Sequence record: SRR2962707_5052
Length of the DNA: 54,391 nt
Reading direction: 5' to 3' (one strand)
Under the pieces are notes generated by a model. The model had not been told where the DNA came from. It saw only the letters and a list, made by a program, of their open reading frames with translations, and made no database searches. How positions within the stretch are numbered: the first letter of the stretch is position 1; every line of letters starts with the position of its first letter. A program made the position numbers and the translations under genes. Of the stretch, positions 1 to 10,765 are shown in pieces.

Positions 1-245
1 TGTATTTTTACTCGGACATTAATGATAAAATAATATTGCGAATTAAACCCTCTATGAGTTTAGGTAATCCTTATCTAGCTTGCATCCGTATATATTTTTA
101 AAAGATTAAACTTTTATTAAAGTGTAACCATTTATAAAAAATTTACTCCATTTTTGTAATGAACTCATCTTGACTTTTATGTTTAAGCAAAAAATAGTTA
201 AGATGAATTCAATAAAACAAAATCAAGAAAAAGATAATTGTACAT

Positions 246-2978
246 ATGAAAAAAATACTTAAAATTATAGGAATAGTAATAGCGCTGTTGGTAGTTTTTT
301 TAATAGCTGCTCCTTTTTTGTTTGAAGGAAAGATTATTGAAATGGTTAAAAACACAGTGAATAAAAACATCAATGCAAAATTTGATTTTGCAGATGCCGA
401 CGTTAGTTTAATTCGCAATTTCCCGAATGCTTCTGTTACGGTTGAAGATATGAGTTTAATAAATAATGCTCCCTTTGAAGGCGATACTTTGGTCTTTGCA
501 AAAAAAGCCAACATTAGTGTGCCGTTTATGCAAATATTTAATAAAGAAGGCGAGCCTTACTCTATAAATTCTTTTACTATAGATGGAGCTGTTGTAAATG
601 TTTTGGTTGATAAAGATGGGAATGCAAATTATGATATTGCAAAAGAAACGGCTGCGTCTACTTCTTCTAATACAGCAACTAAATCAGACTCTACTCCAGA
701 TGAATCTGCTCCAGAAGCTTCAAATAATAATGTTTCTTTTTCGGTTCAGAAGTATGAAATTACCAATTCTCGAATTAAGTATTTTGATGAAAAAGGAAAG
801 ATGTATTTTGAATTAGATAGTTTGAACCATTCTGGAAATGGAGACCTTTCAGCTGTAAAATCTGAATTGGATACCGAAACAAGCGCATTAATATCTTTTG
901 ATATGGATAGTGTAAATTATTTCAATAGAAATGCTATTAACTTAGATGCTAAATTGGGAATTGATTTAGCCGAAAATAAATATACTTTTTTAGAAAATAA
1001 AGCAATAATTAATCAATTAGAGCTAGTTTTTGATGGTTTTGTTAAGTTAAATGATGAAAATCAAGAGGTAGATATTTCTTTTAAAACACCTTCATCAGAC
1101 TTTAAAAACTTCTTGGCTGTAATTCCAAAAGAATACTCAAAAGATATTGCTAATGTACAAACAACGGGAGATTTTGTAGTTGAAGGAAAATTAAATGGAG
1201 TGGTAGACGAAACACATATTCCTGCTTTTAATATAGCAATTACTTCCAATAATGCATCGTTTAAATATCCTGATTTATCACAAGCGGTTACCAATATTAC
1301 TATTGATACCAAAATAGCAAATGAAACAGGATTACTTGAAAATACGTATGTAGACATTAATAAGCTTACTTTTAAAATTGCGCAAGATGTGTTTAGTGCC
1401 AATGCCAATATTAAAAATATTATGGGGAATCCATTAGTGAATGCAAACTTAAAAGGACGTATTAATCTTGCGAATCTTTCTAATGCATATCCTATGCCTG
1501 AAGATTTAAATTTAAGCGGGATTTTAGATGCAAATCTAAGTACAGCTTTTGATATGCAGTCTATTGAAAACGAACGATATGAAAACACCAAAAATAGTGG
1601 GTCTTTAGGACTGAAAGATTTTGAATTTACATCTGAAGAGATGAAAAATCCAGTCCAAATTTCTAATGCTGCAATTACTTTTAATACGCAAAATGTTTCT
1701 TTAAATTCTTTTGAAGCCAAAACTGGAAAGACTGATTTATCTGCAAAAGGTTCTATTGAGAATTTATTAGGCTATATGTTTAATAAGGAAACATTGAAAG
1801 GGAATTTTACACTAAATTCCAATACGTTTGCAGTTAACGATTTTATGATGGAAAGTACAGAAGCTACTCCCTCTGAAAAACCAAAAAGTGAGCAAGGTTC
1901 TTCTGATAAAAAACAAACAGAACAACCAAAAAATACAGCTACAACGGGGAAAGAAGAAATAAAAATACCATCGTTTCTAGATGCTACTATTGCTGCGAAA
2001 GCAAATACAGTAATTTATGACAATCTTACGCTTAAGGATGTGTCGGGGACATTAATTGTTCGGGATGAAACGGTGACTTTAAAAGACTTAAATTCTAGTT
2101 TATTTGGCGGGAAAATAGCTGTTAATGGCTCTGTTTCAACCAAAAATGAAACGCCTACTTTTAATATGGATTTAGGAATGAAAAGTTTTAATATAGCGGA
2201 GTCTTTCCAAGGATTAGAAATGTTACAAGCTATTACTCCAATTGCAAATGCTTTGCAGGGGGTGTTAAATTCTAACTTCTCTATAAAAGGAAATTTAAAT
2301 AACGATTTTACTCCAAATTTGAATTCGGTTTCTGGAAATGCCTTAGCTGAAGCTATTGTAAGTGGTTTCGATCCAGAAAAAGGAAAGATGTTGAGCGCTT
2401 TAGGGAATCGTTTAGAATTCTTAAACTTTGAAGAAGGAGAGACAAAAGATATTAAAACAACCCTTACTTTTGAAGATGGAAAGGTGAATGTAAAACCTTT
2501 CAATTTAAAATATAAAGATATTGATATCCAAGTAGCCGGGAGTCATGGATTTGATAAATCTATAAATTATGATGCCACTTTTGAAGTCCCTGCAAAATAT
2601 TTAGGGAAAGATGTAAATAATTTGATTGCAAAATTAAATGATGCAGATGCTCAAAATATTACGGTTCCAGTAAAAGCAACAATTGGAGGTACATATAACA
2701 GTCCAACTGTAAACACCAATTTAAGTGCAACAGCTACTGAGCTTACTAAGAAGTTAGTGGATATGCAAAAGGACAAGTTGCTAAACCAAGGAAGTGATAA
2801 AGTTAAAGATGCAATTAACGACTTTCTAGGGGGAAGTAAACCAGCGGATACAACAGCTGTAGGAAAGGAAGCTGCTCAAAAGCAGGATTCTGTTAAGAAA
2901 GATAAAATTAAAAATGCCGCCGACGATTTAATAAAAGGATTGTTTGGTAAAAAGAAGGACACCACAAAAACAAATTAG
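246..2978 (+). CDS. AsmA-family (AsmA-like) envelope protein
   Basis: 910 aa; single N-terminal TM anchor (MKKILKIIGIVIALLVVFLIAAPFLF) followed by long beta-rich repeats; typical Bacteroidota AsmA-like architecture. Confidence 0.85.
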   Translation: MKKILKIIGIVIALLVVFLIAAPFLFEGKIIEMVKNTVNKNINAKFDFADADVSLIRNFPNASVTVEDMSLINNAPFEGDTLVFAKKANISVPFMQIFNKEGEPYSINSFTIDGAVVNVLVDKDGNANYDIAKETAASTSSNTATKSDSTPDESAPEASNNNVSFSVQKYEITNSRIKYFDEKGKMYFELDSLNHSGNGDLSAVKSELDTETSALISFDMDSVNYFNRNAINLDAKLGIDLAENKYTFLENKAIINQLELVFDGFVKLNDENQEVDISFKTPSSDFKNFLAVIPKEYSKDIANVQTTGDFVVEGKLNGVVDETHIPAFNIAITSNNASFKYPDLSQAVTNITIDTKIANETGLLENTYVDINKLTFKIAQDVFSANANIKNIMGNPLVNANLKGRINLANLSNAYPMPEDLNLSGILDANLSTAFDMQSIENERYENTKNSGSLGLKDFEFTSEEMKNPVQISNAAITFNTQNVSLNSFEAKTGKTDLSAKGSIENLLGYMFNKETLKGNFTLNSNTFAVNDFMMESTEATPSEKPKSEQGSSDKKQTEQPKNTATTGKEEIKIPSFLDATIAAKANTVIYDNLTLKDVSGTLIVRDETVTLKDLNSSLFGGKIAVNGSVSTKNETPTFNMDLGMKSFNIAESFQGLEMLQAITPIANALQGVLNSNFSIKGNLNNDFTPNLNSVSGNALAEAIVSGFDPEKGKMLSALGNRLEFLNFEEGETKDIKTTLTFEDGKVNVKPFNLKYKDIDIQVAGSHGFDKSINYDATFEVPAKYLGKDVNNLIAKLNDADAQNITVPVKATIGGTYNSPTVNTNLSATATELTKKLVDMQKDKLLNQGSDKVKDAINDFLGGSKPADTTAVGKEAAQKQDSVKKDKIKNAADDLIKGLFGKKKDTTKTN

Positions 2979-3083
2979 AGATACTGAAAGTCGACAATTT
3001 TACGGTGTATGGCAATAAAAAAATGTTGTTGGTCTAATTGATTTTATAATATAAATATAAAATTGAAATTTTAGGATAGTAAT

Positions 3084-3108
3084 AAAAGGACACTAAGGTG
3101 TCCTTTTT
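3084..3108 (+). terminator. Rho-independent terminator-like hairpin
   Basis: AAAAGGACAC-TAAG-GTGTCCTTTTT perfect stem with T-tail; contains the ORF track's GTG start at 3098, so that start is unlikely. Confidence 0.75.
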
Positions 3109-3130
3109 AGTTTTCATTAATATACAGAAT

Positions 3131-4213
3131 ATGTATTTTTCTTTTAAAAAGAGTCTTGTCGGATTTTTAGTTTTTTTACTGTTAAGTGGCGTGTCTGCTC
3201 AACAGAAAATGGTTGTGCCGAAATCTTATATCGCTCATAAAACTTCAGAAAGTATAAGCATTGATGGAAAAGGAGAGGAAGCTTCTTGGGGAAGTGCAAA
3301 ATGGACCTCAGACTTTATAGATATTGAAGGGGCAAAAAAACCACGTTATCAAACGCGTGTTAAAATGCTTTGGGATGAAAAATATTTATATTTCTATGCT
3401 GAATTAGAAGAGCCACATGTTTGGGCAACATTAAAACAGCGCGATACCATTATATTTTATAATAATGATTTCGAAATTTTTATAGACCCCGATGGCGATA
3501 CATACAATTATATGGAATTTGAGATGAATGCCTTAAATACTTTATGGGATTTATATCTAACAAAACCTTATAGAGAAGGAGGGAAAGTAATAGATAACTG
3601 GGGTATAAAGGGTATTAAAACTGCGGTTCATATTAATGGAACCATAAATAATGCTTCAGATATTGATAAAGGCTGGAGTGTTGAAATTGCAATGCCTTGG
3701 ACTTCTTTAATAGAAGCTGGGGATAATAAAATTCCAGTAGACAATTATTGGAGAATAAACTTCTCAAGAGTTAATTGGGATTATCAACTAAATCAAGACA
3801 CATATCAACGAAAACAAGGAGCTAACGGAAAATATCTTCCAGAATATAATTGGGTTTGGTCTCCGCAATGGGTTGTAAATATGCATGAGCCAGAGTGGTG
3901 GGGATATGTATATTTTTCTTCAGAAGAAAGAGAAAATTCTAAAGATGAATTTATAGTTCCTTCAGATGAAAAAATAAAGTTAGAACTCTACAATTTATAT
4001 AGAAAGCAAAAAGAATATCAACGTAAAAACGGGGCTTGGATAGAATCTTCTCAAAAATTAATTACAAACCCTATTGTTATTGAAGGGAAAGAAATTGAAG
4101 TGATGCTAGAAGCTCATAGTCAAGGATGGAATCTTATCGTTGATAGTCCGTTTACAGATAAACAATTAATTCTCAGTGAAGACGGCGTATTTAAAACCAA
4201 AACTAATAACTAA
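3131..4213 (+). CDS. Carbohydrate-binding family 9-like (CBM9/DOMON-like) protein
   Basis: Signal peptide from ATG 3131; motifs IDGK..E..W, TRVKMLWDEKYLY, NNDFEIFIDPDGD, WSVEIAMPW, WRINFSRV. Confidence 0.8.
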   Translation: MYFSFKKSLVGFLVFLLLSGVSAQQKMVVPKSYIAHKTSESISIDGKGEEASWGSAKWTSDFIDIEGAKKPRYQTRVKMLWDEKYLYFYAELEEPHVWATLKQRDTIIFYNNDFEIFIDPDGDTYNYMEFEMNALNTLWDLYLTKPYREGGKVIDNWGIKGIKTAVHINGTINNASDIDKGWSVEIAMPWTSLIEAGDNKIPVDNYWRINFSRVNWDYQLNQDTYQRKQGANGKYLPEYNWVWSPQWVVNMHEPEWWGYVYFSSEERENSKDEFIVPSDEKIKLELYNLYRKQKEYQRKNGAWIESSQKLITNPIVIEGKEIEVMLEAHSQGWNLIVDSPFTDKQLILSEDGVFKTKTNN

Positions 4214-4224
4214 ACCACCATACT

Positions 4225-5334
4225 ATGAAATTATTAAAATTAGCTATCCTTACAATGCTCTTTGTGTTTGTTTCTTGTAGCGAAAAGAAAGAGGTTAAAA
4301 GAGATAAGGAGATTAAACAAGTTGAGACTTCTAAAGAAGAAAAGGATTTTAAATATTGGACATGGACAACTGCAAATGCTCAGCGTGCAGACACCTCCTA
4401 CCAGAGAGAGTTTGCTAAGTATAAATCTAACGGAATTGATGCGGTTTTAATTAATACAAATACAGATCCGAAGCTTTTAGAACGTTTAACACCAATAGCA
4501 ACCAAAGAAGGCTTAGAGGTACACGCATGGATTATGGCGATGAATCGTCCTGGAGATTCTGTAGCATTACAACATCCAGATTGGTATGCTGTAAGTAGAG
4601 AAGGGAAATCGTGTTTTGATACCCGCCCTTATGTAGATTACTATCAATGGATGTGTCCAACCCGAAAAGAATCTCGTGGCCATGTACTAGATTTAGTTGA
4701 AGGTTTGGCAAAAGTAGAGGGGGTTGCAAGTGTGCATTTGGATTACATACGGTATTCTGATATTTTTCTACCAATAGGATTATTACCAAAATATAATTTA
4801 AAACAAGAAGTTGAATTGCCAGAATTTGATTTTTGTTATTGTGATGTTTGTGTTGCTGAATTTGAGAAAATTCATCACAAAAACCCAAGAGATTTTGAAA
4901 ATCCAGCTATTGATATGGAATGGAAGCAGTTTCGATTAAACAAAGTTAAAGCTGTGGTAGACGATGCCTATAAAATTGCTCATAAATACAACAAAAAGCT
5001 TACTGCAGCAGTATTTCCCTATCCTGAAATGGCAGATCATATGGTTCGTCAGCGTTGGGATAAATGGGATATTGATATGGTATTACCTATGATTTATAAT
5101 AATTTCTATAATGAAGAAATAGATTGGATAGGATTTGCAACTGGGCAGGGAGTTAAAGACCTTGAAGGAATGAATACAGAGCTACACACAGGAGTTTTTG
5201 TTCCTACGATGTCTGCAGAAGATGTTTCCACAGCTATTAAATTAGCAAAAGATAATGGTGCAAAGGGAATTTCTTTCTTTGATGGAAATGCCATAACAGA
5301 AGCACAATTTAAAGCAATTAAGGCTTCAAAATAG
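4225..5334 (+). CDS. GHL10/DUF187-like putative glycoside hydrolase, lipoprotein
   Basis: Lipobox FVSC; TIM-barrel motifs GLEVHAW, HPDWYAVSREG, VHLDYIRY, VRQRWDKW..D..LPMIY. Confidence 0.75.
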   Translation: MKLLKLAILTMLFVFVSCSEKKEVKRDKEIKQVETSKEEKDFKYWTWTTANAQRADTSYQREFAKYKSNGIDAVLINTNTDPKLLERLTPIATKEGLEVHAWIMAMNRPGDSVALQHPDWYAVSREGKSCFDTRPYVDYYQWMCPTRKESRGHVLDLVEGLAKVEGVASVHLDYIRYSDIFLPIGLLPKYNLKQEVELPEFDFCYCDVCVAEFEKIHHKNPRDFENPAIDMEWKQFRLNKVKAVVDDAYKIAHKYNKKLTAAVFPYPEMADHMVRQRWDKWDIDMVLPMIYNNFYNEEIDWIGFATGQGVKDLEGMNTELHTGVFVPTMSAEDVSTAIKLAKDNGAKGISFFDGNAITEAQFKAIKASK

Positions 5335-5367
5335 ATTAATAAGTTTTACACATAAAATAGTAATAGT

Positions 5368-5400
5368 AAAAGACTCTTGAATTTTTTCAAGGGTCTTTTT
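5368..5400 (+). terminator. Rho-independent terminator
   Basis: AAAAGACTCTTGAA-TTTT-TTCAAGGGTCTTTTT after the GHL10-like gene. Confidence 0.8.
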
Positions 5401-5536
5401 ATTTTTCAATAATAGTAAATCCTCAAAATATACCCTTTCTTATTTTATCAATTTCATTCATAATAAATTTTTTTGAGAATTGGTTAATTTTTTATTTTTT
5501 CAATATTTTTTTATGTTAATTTATTATTAAATCTTA

Positions 5537-5544
5537 TACATTTG
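5537..5544 (+). promoter_or_regulatory. Bacteroidota primary-sigma -7 element upstream of susC
   Basis: TACATTTG matches TAnnTTTG. Confidence 0.45.
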
Positions 5545-5652
5545 ATAGGGACTAGTTGTTGAACTAAAGCTCAATTATTTGATAAGCAATTAATTATAAA
5601 AGTGTTTATTACTTATATAAACATATGAGTATAAACTGAAAGTCTCGTTTTT

Positions 5653-5685
5653 AATGTTGTTTGTTGCTTATTGAATGTTGTTTGT
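5653..5685 (+). promoter_or_regulatory. 12-bp direct repeat, 21-bp period; candidate regulator site
   Basis: AATGTTGTTTGT at 5653-5664 and 5674-5685. Confidence 0.45.
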
Positions 5686-5792
5686 CGAAATATTTTCATC
5701 TTAATTAAGCTTTTTTTAACATTTAGTAAACTTATTGTTAATTCACTTGTGTTTTAACAATTTTTCAATCAACAAACTTAAAAATATAATTT

Positions 5793-8700
5793 ATGCGTAA
5801 AAAACTATTACCTATTTTGGTGTTTGCGTTTCTTTTATTCAGTAATGTATTACTGGCGCAAGAAAAAACTGTATCAGGTACAGTCACAGATGGTGATGAC
5901 GGAATGCCATTGCCAGGTGTAACCGTAGTTGTGAAAGGTACAAGTAATGGAACCTCTACAGATTTTGATGGGAATTTCACTCTAGATGGTGTAGCACAAG
6001 ATGCAACATTAGTAATTACAATGATAGGATATTCCTCTCAAGAATTAAATACAACTGGAAAAACCAATTTTACCATTTCCATGAGTGTAGATGCTCAGCA
6101 ATTAGATGAGGTAGTTGTAACATCTTTAGGTTTAACTAGAGATAAAAAATCCTTAGGATATTCTGTTACCGAATTAGACGGAGAGAGTGTTTCTTTAGTA
6201 AAAGAGTCTAACGTAGCTAGTTCTTTAGCAGGTAAAGTAGCTGGGGTTGTAGTTACCAAATCTACTTCTGGAGTAGGAGGTGGAACTAGAGTTGTTATTC
6301 GTGGAAATAATTCTATTACAGGGAACAATCAACCTTTATATGTTGTTGATGGGGTGCCAATAGATAACACTTCTTTAGCAACTTCTAATGGAGCTGAATA
6401 TTCTGTTCCAGATTTAGGAAATGGAATCTCGGATATAAATCCAGACGATATAGAAAGTATGTCGATATTAAAAGGGCCAAATGCAGCAGCACTTTATGGG
6501 TCTAGAGCTAGTAATGGGGTTATTATTATAACAACCAAAAGTGGAAGAAGAACAAAAGGACTTGGAGTTTCTTATACCTCTAGTGCTACTTTTGATACTC
6601 CTTTAGTATTACCAGAATACCAAAATCAATTCGGAAGAGGTAATAATGGGAATTTTCCTCAGGTAGATTCTACAGCAGATTTGGCAACACAAGTAAATTC
6701 AGTAACTAGCAATGGTGGATCATGGGGTCCAAGATTTGATGGTTCTCAACGTCTTGAATTTGATGGAACAATGAAGCCATATTCTGCACAGCCAAATAAT
6801 GTAAAAGATTTTTTTGAAACCGGATCAAGTATGGTTAATACTTTGGCTTTAACAGCTGGTTCAGAAAAAGCAACAGTACGTTTTTCTTATACAAATTCTG
6901 ACTTAGAATCAATCTTACCAAACTCTAATGTAAAACGTAATAATTTTAATTTAAGAGGTACAGCAAATCTTTCTGATAAATTATCTTTAGATGCTAAAAT
7001 CACTTATTTTTTACAGGATGCTAAAAATAGACCAACTCAAGGAACAGAAGGAGTTGTTGCTTATGTGTATCCTTTAGCAAGAAATATTGATGTTAATGAT
7101 TTAAAGAATTATCAAGATTTAGAAAATCCAATAGATCCTACCAATCCATATAGAGTTATTGCTCCAACATCTTCAGGTGGAAACCCATATTGGATGTTAG
7201 AAAACGATTATAATGGAGATACAAGAACCCGTGTTACTGGATTTGCAAAATTAGAATATAAATTTACAGATTGGTTATCTGCTTTTGCTAGAGTTGGTAC
7301 AGATGCAGTTCAACAAGATACTGAGGCATATGAAGCAACTGGACATCACTTTTTTCCTGATGGAAGAATCCGTTTTAGTAAAAATGATAGAACAGAAACA
7401 AATTACGATTTCTTATTAATGTTTAATAAAGATGTAGGAGGGAACTTTAATATTTCTGCAAATGCAGGAGGGAACATGAGACATTCTACATTTATTTCTT
7501 CTTCTACAAATGGATATGATTTTAAGATTCCAGGAAAGTATTTTTTAGATAATACAGATGGTTCTCAACTTACAGCAACACAGTCAGATTTAATAGAAAA
7601 AAGGGTTAACTCGGTTTATGGATCTACATCATTTTCTTATAAGGATATGGTGTATTTAGATCTTACTGCTAGAAATGATTGGTCTTCTGCATTGGCAGCA
7701 GAAAACAGATCGTATTTTTATAGTTCTGCTAGTGTGAGTGTACTTTTAAATGAAATATTTAATCTTCAAGAGTCTAATATTAACTTATTGAAGCTTAAAG
7801 CAAGTACAGCTAGTGTTGGTAACGACACTGGGGCTCAGCAAATAGTAAATTTATTTTCAGTAGCATCAAATGGATATTTAGGAAACACACAAATTAATAG
7901 ACCTAATATTAGATTTAGTGAAAGCCTTCAGCCAGAAGATGTAAAATCAAATGAATTTGGTTTAGAGTTCAAAGCTTTCAATAATAGATTATATGCAGAC
8001 TTTGCTTATTACGATATTAGTAGTAAAAACTTAATCTTTGATGTTCCTGTAGATCCAGGTACTGGATACGATTTCTTTAGAGAAAATGTAGGGGAGATTA
8101 CTAACAAAGGTTTTGAGATATTAGTGGGAGGAACTCCAGTAAGCAATCAGAACTTTGGTTGGGATGTCTCTGTAAATATGGCTAAGAATAAAAACGAATT
8201 AGTAAGTTTAATTGATGGGCAAGAAAACTTTACTTTTAGTTCTAGTAATGGAGGGATTGTAGATGTAAGAGCTCAAGTAGGAGAAGGATATGGAGATATC
8301 TATGCTACCGATTGGTTGCGTAACGATAATGGAGACCTTGTTTTAACTGCTGAAGGTCGCCCACAAGCAACTTCAGAGCGTGTGAAAGTAGGAAATTATC
8401 AGCCAGATTTTTCAGGAGGTTTTACAAATACTTTTAGAATTAAAGATTTTACATTAAACGCTTTAGTTGATTTTAGAGTTGGTGGAGAAGTATTTTCTTA
8501 TACAGATGCACAACTTGATGCAACAGGAGTTTCTAAAAAATCTTTACAATACAGAGATGGTGGTGTTGTAGTAGATGGTGTTATTGATGACGGTAATGGT
8601 AATTACACCCAAAATACAGAGAATATTACTGCTCAAGAATATTGGGGGGCTGTAAGTGGGATAGGTTCAGAATATGTGTTTTCTCAAACAAATGTACGTT

Positions 8701-8930
8701 TAAGAGAATTGAGTTTAACTTATAACTTACCTTCTAAATTTTTGGATCGCTCCTTCTTAACAGGTTTGTCTTTAAGTGCAGTAGGTAGAAACTTATTCTT
8801 TATTTACAAAGAAGCTGATAATTTTGATCCAGAATCTAGTTACTCAACTTCTAACTTGGGGCAAGGAGTGTTATTTTATGCGCTTCCAACAACAAGAAGC
8901 ATCGGACTTAGTTTGAACGTTAAATTTTAA
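5793..8930 (+). CDS. susC: SusC/RagA TonB-dependent transporter
   Basis: N-terminal CarboxypepD-like domain (PLPGVTVVVKGT..GTSTDFDG), plug motifs QPLYVVDGVP and DINPDDIESMSILKGPNAAALYGSRASNGVIIITTK, C-terminal F. Confidence 0.95.
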   Translation: MRKKLLPILVFAFLLFSNVLLAQEKTVSGTVTDGDDGMPLPGVTVVVKGTSNGTSTDFDGNFTLDGVAQDATLVITMIGYSSQELNTTGKTNFTISMSVDAQQLDEVVVTSLGLTRDKKSLGYSVTELDGESVSLVKESNVASSLAGKVAGVVVTKSTSGVGGGTRVVIRGNNSITGNNQPLYVVDGVPIDNTSLATSNGAEYSVPDLGNGISDINPDDIESMSILKGPNAAALYGSRASNGVIIITTKSGRRTKGLGVSYTSSATFDTPLVLPEYQNQFGRGNNGNFPQVDSTADLATQVNSVTSNGGSWGPRFDGSQRLEFDGTMKPYSAQPNNVKDFFETGSSMVNTLALTAGSEKATVRFSYTNSDLESILPNSNVKRNNFNLRGTANLSDKLSLDAKITYFLQDAKNRPTQGTEGVVAYVYPLARNIDVNDLKNYQDLENPIDPTNPYRVIAPTSSGGNPYWMLENDYNGDTRTRVTGFAKLEYKFTDWLSAFARVGTDAVQQDTEAYEATGHHFFPDGRIRFSKNDRTETNYDFLLMFNKDVGGNFNISANAGGNMRHSTFISSSTNGYDFKIPGKYFLDNTDGSQLTATQSDLIEKRVNSVYGSTSFSYKDMVYLDLTARNDWSSALAAENRSYFYSSASVSVLLNEIFNLQESNINLLKLKASTASVGNDTGAQQIVNLFSVASNGYLGNTQINRPNIRFSESLQPEDVKSNEFGLEFKAFNNRLYADFAYYDISSKNLIFDVPVDPGTGYDFFRENVGEITNKGFEILVGGTPVSNQNFGWDVSVNMAKNKNELVSLIDGQENFTFSSSNGGIVDVRAQVGEGYGDIYATDWLRNDNGDLVLTAEGRPQATSERVKVGNYQPDFSGGFTNTFRIKDFTLNALVDFRVGGEVFSYTDAQLDATGVSKKSLQYRDGGVVVDGVIDDGNGNYTQNTENITAQEYWGAVSGIGSEYVFSQTNVRLRELSLTYNLPSKFLDRSFLTGLSLSAVGRNLFFIYKEADNFDPESSYSTSNLGQGVLFYALPTTRSIGLSLNVKF

Positions 8931-8941
8931 AAATGTACGCC

Positions 8942-10612
8942 ATGAAAAAATTCAAATATATAACAGGTCTTTTGTGCCTCCTAGTAGGAATATCTTGTAC
9001 AAAAGATTTTGACGAAATAAATACAAATAATCAAGGCTTTACCTCAGATGAGGTGAGTGCAAAATATTTCTTAACTAGTGCTCAGGTTGGTCTATATGCT
9101 CCTGGTCGTTTCGAATATTGGAGAGCCCATTTAATTCATACCGATAGATTTGCGGGGCATTTTACTTTTGGAATGAACCAAAGTTGGTGGGCAGATGGAC
9201 TTTCTTACACTTATGATCCTGGATATACAGATGCGGCATACGACTGGCTCGCAGGATATTTTGGAAATATTAAATCGTTTGGAGATTTAACAGCTGAAGG
9301 AGGAGAGTTTGAAAATCAGTTTATGTATGCAATGTCCTTAATTATGAAAGGACTTTATTACCAAATGTATACAGATACTTTTGGTATGGTTCCATTTAGT
9401 GAAGCTGGAGTAGAGGGGGTTTTGACTCCTAAATATGATACTCAAATGGAAATTTATGAAGGCATTATAGCTGATCTTGATACTGCTATGAATATTATTG
9501 GAGATGAAGAAAGAACAGGTTTAGGAATTGATGATGCAGGAGCTAATGATGTTTACTGTGGAGGTGATTTACAGTTGTGGAAAAAATTAGCAAATACTTT
9601 AAAGTTAAGATTAGGAACTCGTGCTTTAGGAGCTCCTGGTGAGAATTTTGCAACTCAAACTATAACAGAAGCAATGTCGCAGCCTCTTTTAGATGCTGGA
9701 AGCGGTAGTGTAACAATGAAAAAAGACTTTGTTATTAGTGAGTGGACATCTTCTTCTTATGGAGATGTATGGAATGATTTTGGAGCAGGATCAGACTGGA
9801 CTGTTAGTCAGCCTCTTATTAATTTACTTCAAGATAATAACGATCCTAGGTTAGCTATCTATGCAAAACCAGCTAAAGGAGGGACTTTTAATTTTGAAAA
9901 TGATGGAGATGATGATTTTATGGAGAGAGTAGATTTTATGGAAGCTGCTTTAATAGCTGCTGGTGCTACTTATACAAGAACAGATAATGGAAACACTGTG
10001 GTGTTAGAAGTACCATCAGGGCAATATATTGGTCAGCCAGTTAGAATGAATGGTTTAACTATGCCATACGTTCGTTATGACCTGTTTAGTACTCCTTCGG
10101 ATGCTATTATCCAGCCAAGAGGTAAAGAAGCAGAAGGATATCCAGAAATAATAATTAGTAGTGCAGACTCTTATTTTTTACAAGCGGAAGCTGCTGTTAA
10201 AGGTATTGGTTCTGGAGATGCGCAAGCTTTATTCACTTCTGGTATAAAAGAGGCTATGAAGCTATGGAATATAGGAGAAGGAGATGCAGATACTTATATT
10301 GCATCAAGTGCTATTGCTGATATTTCTGTAGGAACAACAGAAGAGAAATTAGAAAAAATAGCATTACAGCGTTGGTTGGCAAGCTATACAGATGGTTTTG
10401 AAGCTTGGGCAGTTGTAAGAAAAACTGGTTACCCTCAAGAGTTAGCTGCTGGAGTTAACAACCAAACTATTTTTGAATTAGGAACTTTAAATGGAGCATA
10501 CCCACAAAGGCTTCGTTATGGAACTGGAGCACAGGCAAATCCTAATTTTAATGCTGCAATTAGTACGCAAGGACCAGATGCGCAAGGAACAAAATTGTGG
10601 TGGGCAAAATAA
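8942..10612 (+). CDS. susD: SusD/RagB lipoprotein
   Basis: Lipobox GISC from ATG 8942; FGMVPFSEA, PKYDTQ, WKKLANTLKLR, DPRL, RKTGYP, KLWW; directly follows susC. Confidence 0.92.
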   Translation: MKKFKYITGLLCLLVGISCTKDFDEINTNNQGFTSDEVSAKYFLTSAQVGLYAPGRFEYWRAHLIHTDRFAGHFTFGMNQSWWADGLSYTYDPGYTDAAYDWLAGYFGNIKSFGDLTAEGGEFENQFMYAMSLIMKGLYYQMYTDTFGMVPFSEAGVEGVLTPKYDTQMEIYEGIIADLDTAMNIIGDEERTGLGIDDAGANDVYCGGDLQLWKKLANTLKLRLGTRALGAPGENFATQTITEAMSQPLLDAGSGSVTMKKDFVISEWTSSSYGDVWNDFGAGSDWTVSQPLINLLQDNNDPRLAIYAKPAKGGTFNFENDGDDDFMERVDFMEAALIAAGATYTRTDNGNTVVLEVPSGQYIGQPVRMNGLTMPYVRYDLFSTPSDAIIQPRGKEAEGYPEIIISSADSYFLQAEAAVKGIGSGDAQALFTSGIKEAMKLWNIGEGDADTYIASSAIADISVGTTEEKLEKIALQRWLASYTDGFEAWAVVRKTGYPQELAAGVNNQTIFELGTLNGAYPQRLRYGTGAQANPNFNAAISTQGPDAQGTKLWWAK

Positions 10613-10643
10613 AATACTGTTAGTTAATTAATATTCCCTCATT

Positions 10644-10675
10644 GGTCGTCTAAATTTATTAGGCGACCTTTTTTT
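10644..10675 (+). terminator. Rho-independent terminator after susD
   Basis: GGTCGTCTAA-ATTTA-TTAGGCGACC-TTTTTTT. Confidence 0.8.
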
Positions 10676-10702
10676 ATATAATATATTTATGGGGATAACT
10701 AA

Positions 10703-10746
10703 CTGATAATTATCATTTTTTGCAGAGGCTTATAGTAGTATTTTTG
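10703..10746 (+). promoter_or_regulatory. FNR-like box plus -7 promoter element of hemN
   Basis: CTGATAATTATCAT (10703-10716), 22 nt, then TATTTTTG (10739-10746). Confidence 0.7.
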
Positions 10747-10765
10747 TGTGGCAAATTGTGAGATT

